Of a stretch of 64,000 nucleotides of DNA, positions 59,924 through 64,000 are shown in pieces. The translations under genes and the position numbers were made by a program. Position 1 is the first letter of the stretch, and each line of letters opens with the position of its first letter. Location: NCBI GenBank assembly GCA_050613775.1, contig JBODTK010000111.1, positions 248,001 through 312,000 on the forward strand, read 5' to 3'. Under the pieces are notes generated by a model. That model saw only the letters and a program-made list of their open reading frames with translations, was not told where the DNA came from and did not search any database. This DNA comes from Neocallimastix sp. 'constans'. Taxonomy: Eukaryota.

Positions 59924-62083
59924 TTAATTAAGATAGTAGTCTTGATTATTTAAAAGATTTTGATATAATATTTGATTTTGATATTGTTCTTGATCTATAC
60001 CAATTGAACTTTTACTTTTATTGTCTATATCTGGTTGTTTATTAACATTTAATTGTTCATTAACATCCAATTGTTCATTAACATCCAATTGTTCATTAAC
60101 ACTCAATTGTTCATTAACACTCAATTGTTCATTAACATCCGATTTTTCATTATCATCTGGTTTTTCATTAATATCAACGTAGCTAAAAAGAGATTCATCT
60201 ATTGACAATCTTGGTGGTAATGAATCATCATCTTCTGCATGGGATACCATTACCAAACTCTTTCCTGATTTTGGTGATTGTAGAATATCATTTGATGAGG
60301 AATGTAAAGAAGTTGAACTTATTGGTAAAATAACGTTTTGACTTGAAGAATTAATAATTCTATTATTTCTATCACTGTTACATTTACTTATTCTTCTCCA
60401 TAATAAAATAGCTCCAATAATTGCTAATAAAACAAGAACAATTATTAAAATAATTATACTGATAGGAAAACCTTTACTTTTTTTATTATTATTTTTAGAA
60501 TTAGGGTTAGTACTTTTATTTTTATTACTTGCTTTATATTCTTCGACCTTTTTAAAATCATCATCTGTACATTTACGTAAATTATTAGAACAAATAGTGG
60601 AACCTTCTTTTATACATAAATTAGTATTGGCGTAGGAACATTCTTTTACACCATGAACATCTGGAACATTTCCTATTAAACCTTTATTCCCTTGAAGTTT
60701 TCTAATAATTAAGAGGATTAAAATTATAAAAATTATAAAATATTCATATTAAAATTATTAGGGGGCGAAGATTATTTTAATATATATAATAATATAATAT
60801 TTAAATAATTAAAAATTTTATAACTTTTAATTTATTTATTTATTTATTTTAGATCTATTTAATTATAATATTTAATATATTTACATTTTTTCAATTTCTT
60901 TAAGTTTTGTTAAGCTATCTGGTATTATACCACTAAGCTGATTATTTTCAAGATCCCTTTATTAATTGAGGCATATATTAATTATATATGAAATAATAAA
61001 TATTAATTAATAATAATAATAAAATTAATAATTATTACACAAAGCGTCTATCCTAATATATATAATTTAATAGTAGTAATATTTATAAAAAAAAAAAAAA
61101 AAAAAAAAAAAACTTACAAATTTTTTAATTTTGATAATTTACCAACAGTTTCTGGAATGCTTCCTTCTAATTTATTATTATCAAGACATCTAATAATAGT
61201 AATATAGTAATAACAATATTATTATTATTATTATTAAATTAGTATCAATATCAATTTTTTTTTTGTATTGTATTTATCATATATATATTTTTAAAAGACT
61301 TTTATTTTAATCTTATGAACGTTAATTAATCTAAACTTACAATTCTTCTAAATTTGATAATTCCCCTATGCATTCAGGTATACTTCCATTTAACATACTA
61401 TTATAAATATATCTTTTAAAATTTATAATAATAAATGAATAAATAAATAAAAGATAATAATATATTGATAAGCTAATTCTTTATAGAAATATAATATTTT
61501 CTAAATATTAAATTTTATATAAATTTTATAATTTTAATAATTATATAATTAAATAATTACAATCCAACAAGATTTTTTAATGAACAAATTTCTTTTGGAA
61601 CCGGACCTTTTAGATTTTTATTTTCGCTGAGATTTCTGTTGTTAATTTTTGAATGTTTTAAATTCATAAATGTAATAATTAAATTTATAATGTGTTAGTA
61701 TATTATTACAAATAAAATGATATATTCAAAATTTAAAATTTAAAATTTGAAATTTATATATTTTATTATATTATATATTATTTATTTTATATAATTTTTA
61801 CATATATATAAGCTTTGAAAGGGAGCCTATAGTTTCTGGAATGGTTCCTGTTATTTCATTATATTTTAGATCGCTATGTGTATTATTATGAATTTTAAAA
61901 TATATAATTATTACAAAAACATTTTTATACAGAAATTGAAATATATTTATTTATTTATTATTATTATTATTAATATTTCAATAATATTTACAGATATTCT
62001 AATTCAGATAAAGAACTAATTTCATTTGATATAGAACCCTTCAATTCTTTTTTTTGTAAATCTCTGATATTTATACAATGAAG

Positions 62084-62122
<39 letters not shown>

Positions 62123-62419
62123 TACTTATTACTTTATACTTTTTAAAAAATATAATTTTTATTAATACTATTACAAATATATATATTATTATTAAAGAAA
62201 TAATTACATTTTAGTAATTCTATAATCTTTGCATTCAATACCCTTTGTTGAACAACATTTATTAGTATTTTCCTTCCAAGTAATTTTACTTTCTACTTGA
62301 AAGCTTTTATATATACTTGACAAAACATCGCAATCAGTTTTACCATATACGAATACTAAATTGGACAATAATCCAATAGTTGTTATAAATTGTAATAAAA
62401 ATTTGAAAAACATTTTCAT
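59924..62419 (-). CDS. Plant-type LRR receptor-like single-pass membrane protein, 8 exons, ~474 aa
   Basis: Exons 62419-62208, 62063-61992, 61873-61802, 61635-61561, 61412-61341, 61189-61118, 60956-60885 and 60701-59924. Contains a signal peptide, a Cys N-cap (DC...W...CC..GIEC), LRRs such as LDNNKLEGSIPETVGKLSKLKNL, a 4-Cys C-cap, TM GFPISIIILIIVLVLLAIIGAILLW-RR, and a cytoplasmic tail without a kinase. Confidence 0.9.
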
Positions 62420-62616
62420 TCTAAAATTATTCGAATGGGTATAAATATTTTTCTTTATTCTATATTATTTCAGTAAATGTTAAAGGCTTAATATTTAAAT
62501 TAAAAAGTTTTATATTATTATTGATTCCTTTCCTTTTTAATTTAAATTTATTATATTTTATTAAATACTTTAAAAATATTTAATAATTTTTATGCAAAGT
62601 GAAAGGAAATTAATTT

Positions 62617-62659
<43 letters not shown>

Positions 62660-64000
62660 CTTATTTTTATATATGTAATATTAAAAAATTACATAAAAAA
62701 ATTTTTTTTTCTTTATAAGGTATAATTATTAGTTTTTCCACTTTTATAAGATTAAAAATTTTATTCCAACACCAAATAAAAATTTTATTTTCTTAGTTAT
62801 TATTAAGGATATATAATAAATAAGTGGATACATAAATAAATCTTTAAATTAATATATTATATTTAAATAAATTTAATATTTTATTGTTAAGGTTTTAATT
62901 AATTATATAGTATTATTTCATATTAAAAATTATTTATCTGGGCTTTTTAATTTTGCTTATTTTTTTATCTATTTTTTATTTTTATTTTATTTTATTTTAT
63001 TTTATTTTATTTTAAATAATTATCATTAATTAAAAAACTCATAATAAATCAATATCAGTAAAATCAATAAAATAAAATCAATTAATCAATTAATAAATCA
63101 ATAAAAATAAAATAGCAATATATAAATAAAAATAAAAATAAATAAATAAATAAATAAAAAATAAATAAATAAGCTAGCAAATAAATAAATAAATAAATAA
63201 TTTAAATTATAGAAATTACAGCTAACAAGTTAGTCACTGTCATTGTATTAAGTAGTAAAAAGAAAAAGTTTGGTAAAGTTTACCTATTTTTTTACTTATT
63301 AGTTATAGGCTTTTTATAATATATATATATTATAAATGAAGAAATTTAATAATACTAATAATTAATATTAAATAATACTAATTGTTAATAAATGAATAAT
63401 TTAATAATAGATATGAAGTTCAAATCACATAATGCTATATATTTTATTAACAACCAAACAAAAAAAAATTAATCGATAAATAATTTATAATTTTTCTTTT
63501 TTAATTCAAATATCACATAAAATAAATTTCAATATTTTTTTATTTTTTTTTGTATATATTTGTGTATTTGTATAATGTTTGGTAAAAATATTTATTATAT
63601 TAAGTATTAAGTAGTAAAAATATTTATTATATATTAAGTATTTATTATGTTTAATTACTAATATATTTGTATTTATATAATATTAAATAATTAATTATAA
63701 TTAATAGATAATTATTACACTATAAAATTTGTGTAAAATTTAAACTTATTCTATTGGCTGATTAATATTATATATATTACACAAAAGTAATTGAATTAAT
63801 TTTTTTTTTAGAAAAATAATTTAAACCAATTTTAGGAAATATTTGTATATCTAATATATTTATTAATTAAAATAATATATTAAATTATATAATTAATATA
63901 TAATATATTTAATTTACAATAAATTGCATTATTTTAATTTTAATTATTGTATCAATTATTAAACTTTATTTATTAATATTTTTATTTGATAGATTAATTT

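Overview
Extremely AT-rich, intron-rich eukaryotic DNA with long homopolymers and microsatellites. Composition and gene content point to an anaerobic gut fungus (Neocallimastigomycota); this is inference only. I reconstructed seven spliced protein genes by hand using GT-AG introns and frame checks: a WOPR (Gti1/Pac2) transcription factor, a ~1990-aa ankyrin/coiled-coil protein, WD40 Ipi3/WDR18, a bacterial P-protein-like chorismate mutase-prephenate dehydratase, PLP synthase PDX1/SNZ, a flavoprotein fumarate reductase with a C-terminal cytochrome b5 ending in the peroxisomal signal SKL, and a plant-type LRR single-pass receptor with one LRR per exon. The intergenic DNA holds many small non-autonomous elements: an intact 1.3-kb LTR element with identical LTRs whose PBS matches the anticodon half of tRNA-Lys(CUU), a poly(T)-tailed SINE with a full tRNA+CCA head, a second poly(A)-tailed SINE-like family (3 copies), Kolobok-like TTAA MITEs, foldback MITEs, minisatellites and a decayed AAA-ATPase/PD-(D/E)XK gene. 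The strongest leads are the SKL-tagged fumarate reductase (possible anaerobic peroxisome), the modular LRR receptor, and the tRNA-Lys-half-primed mini-retrotransposon.
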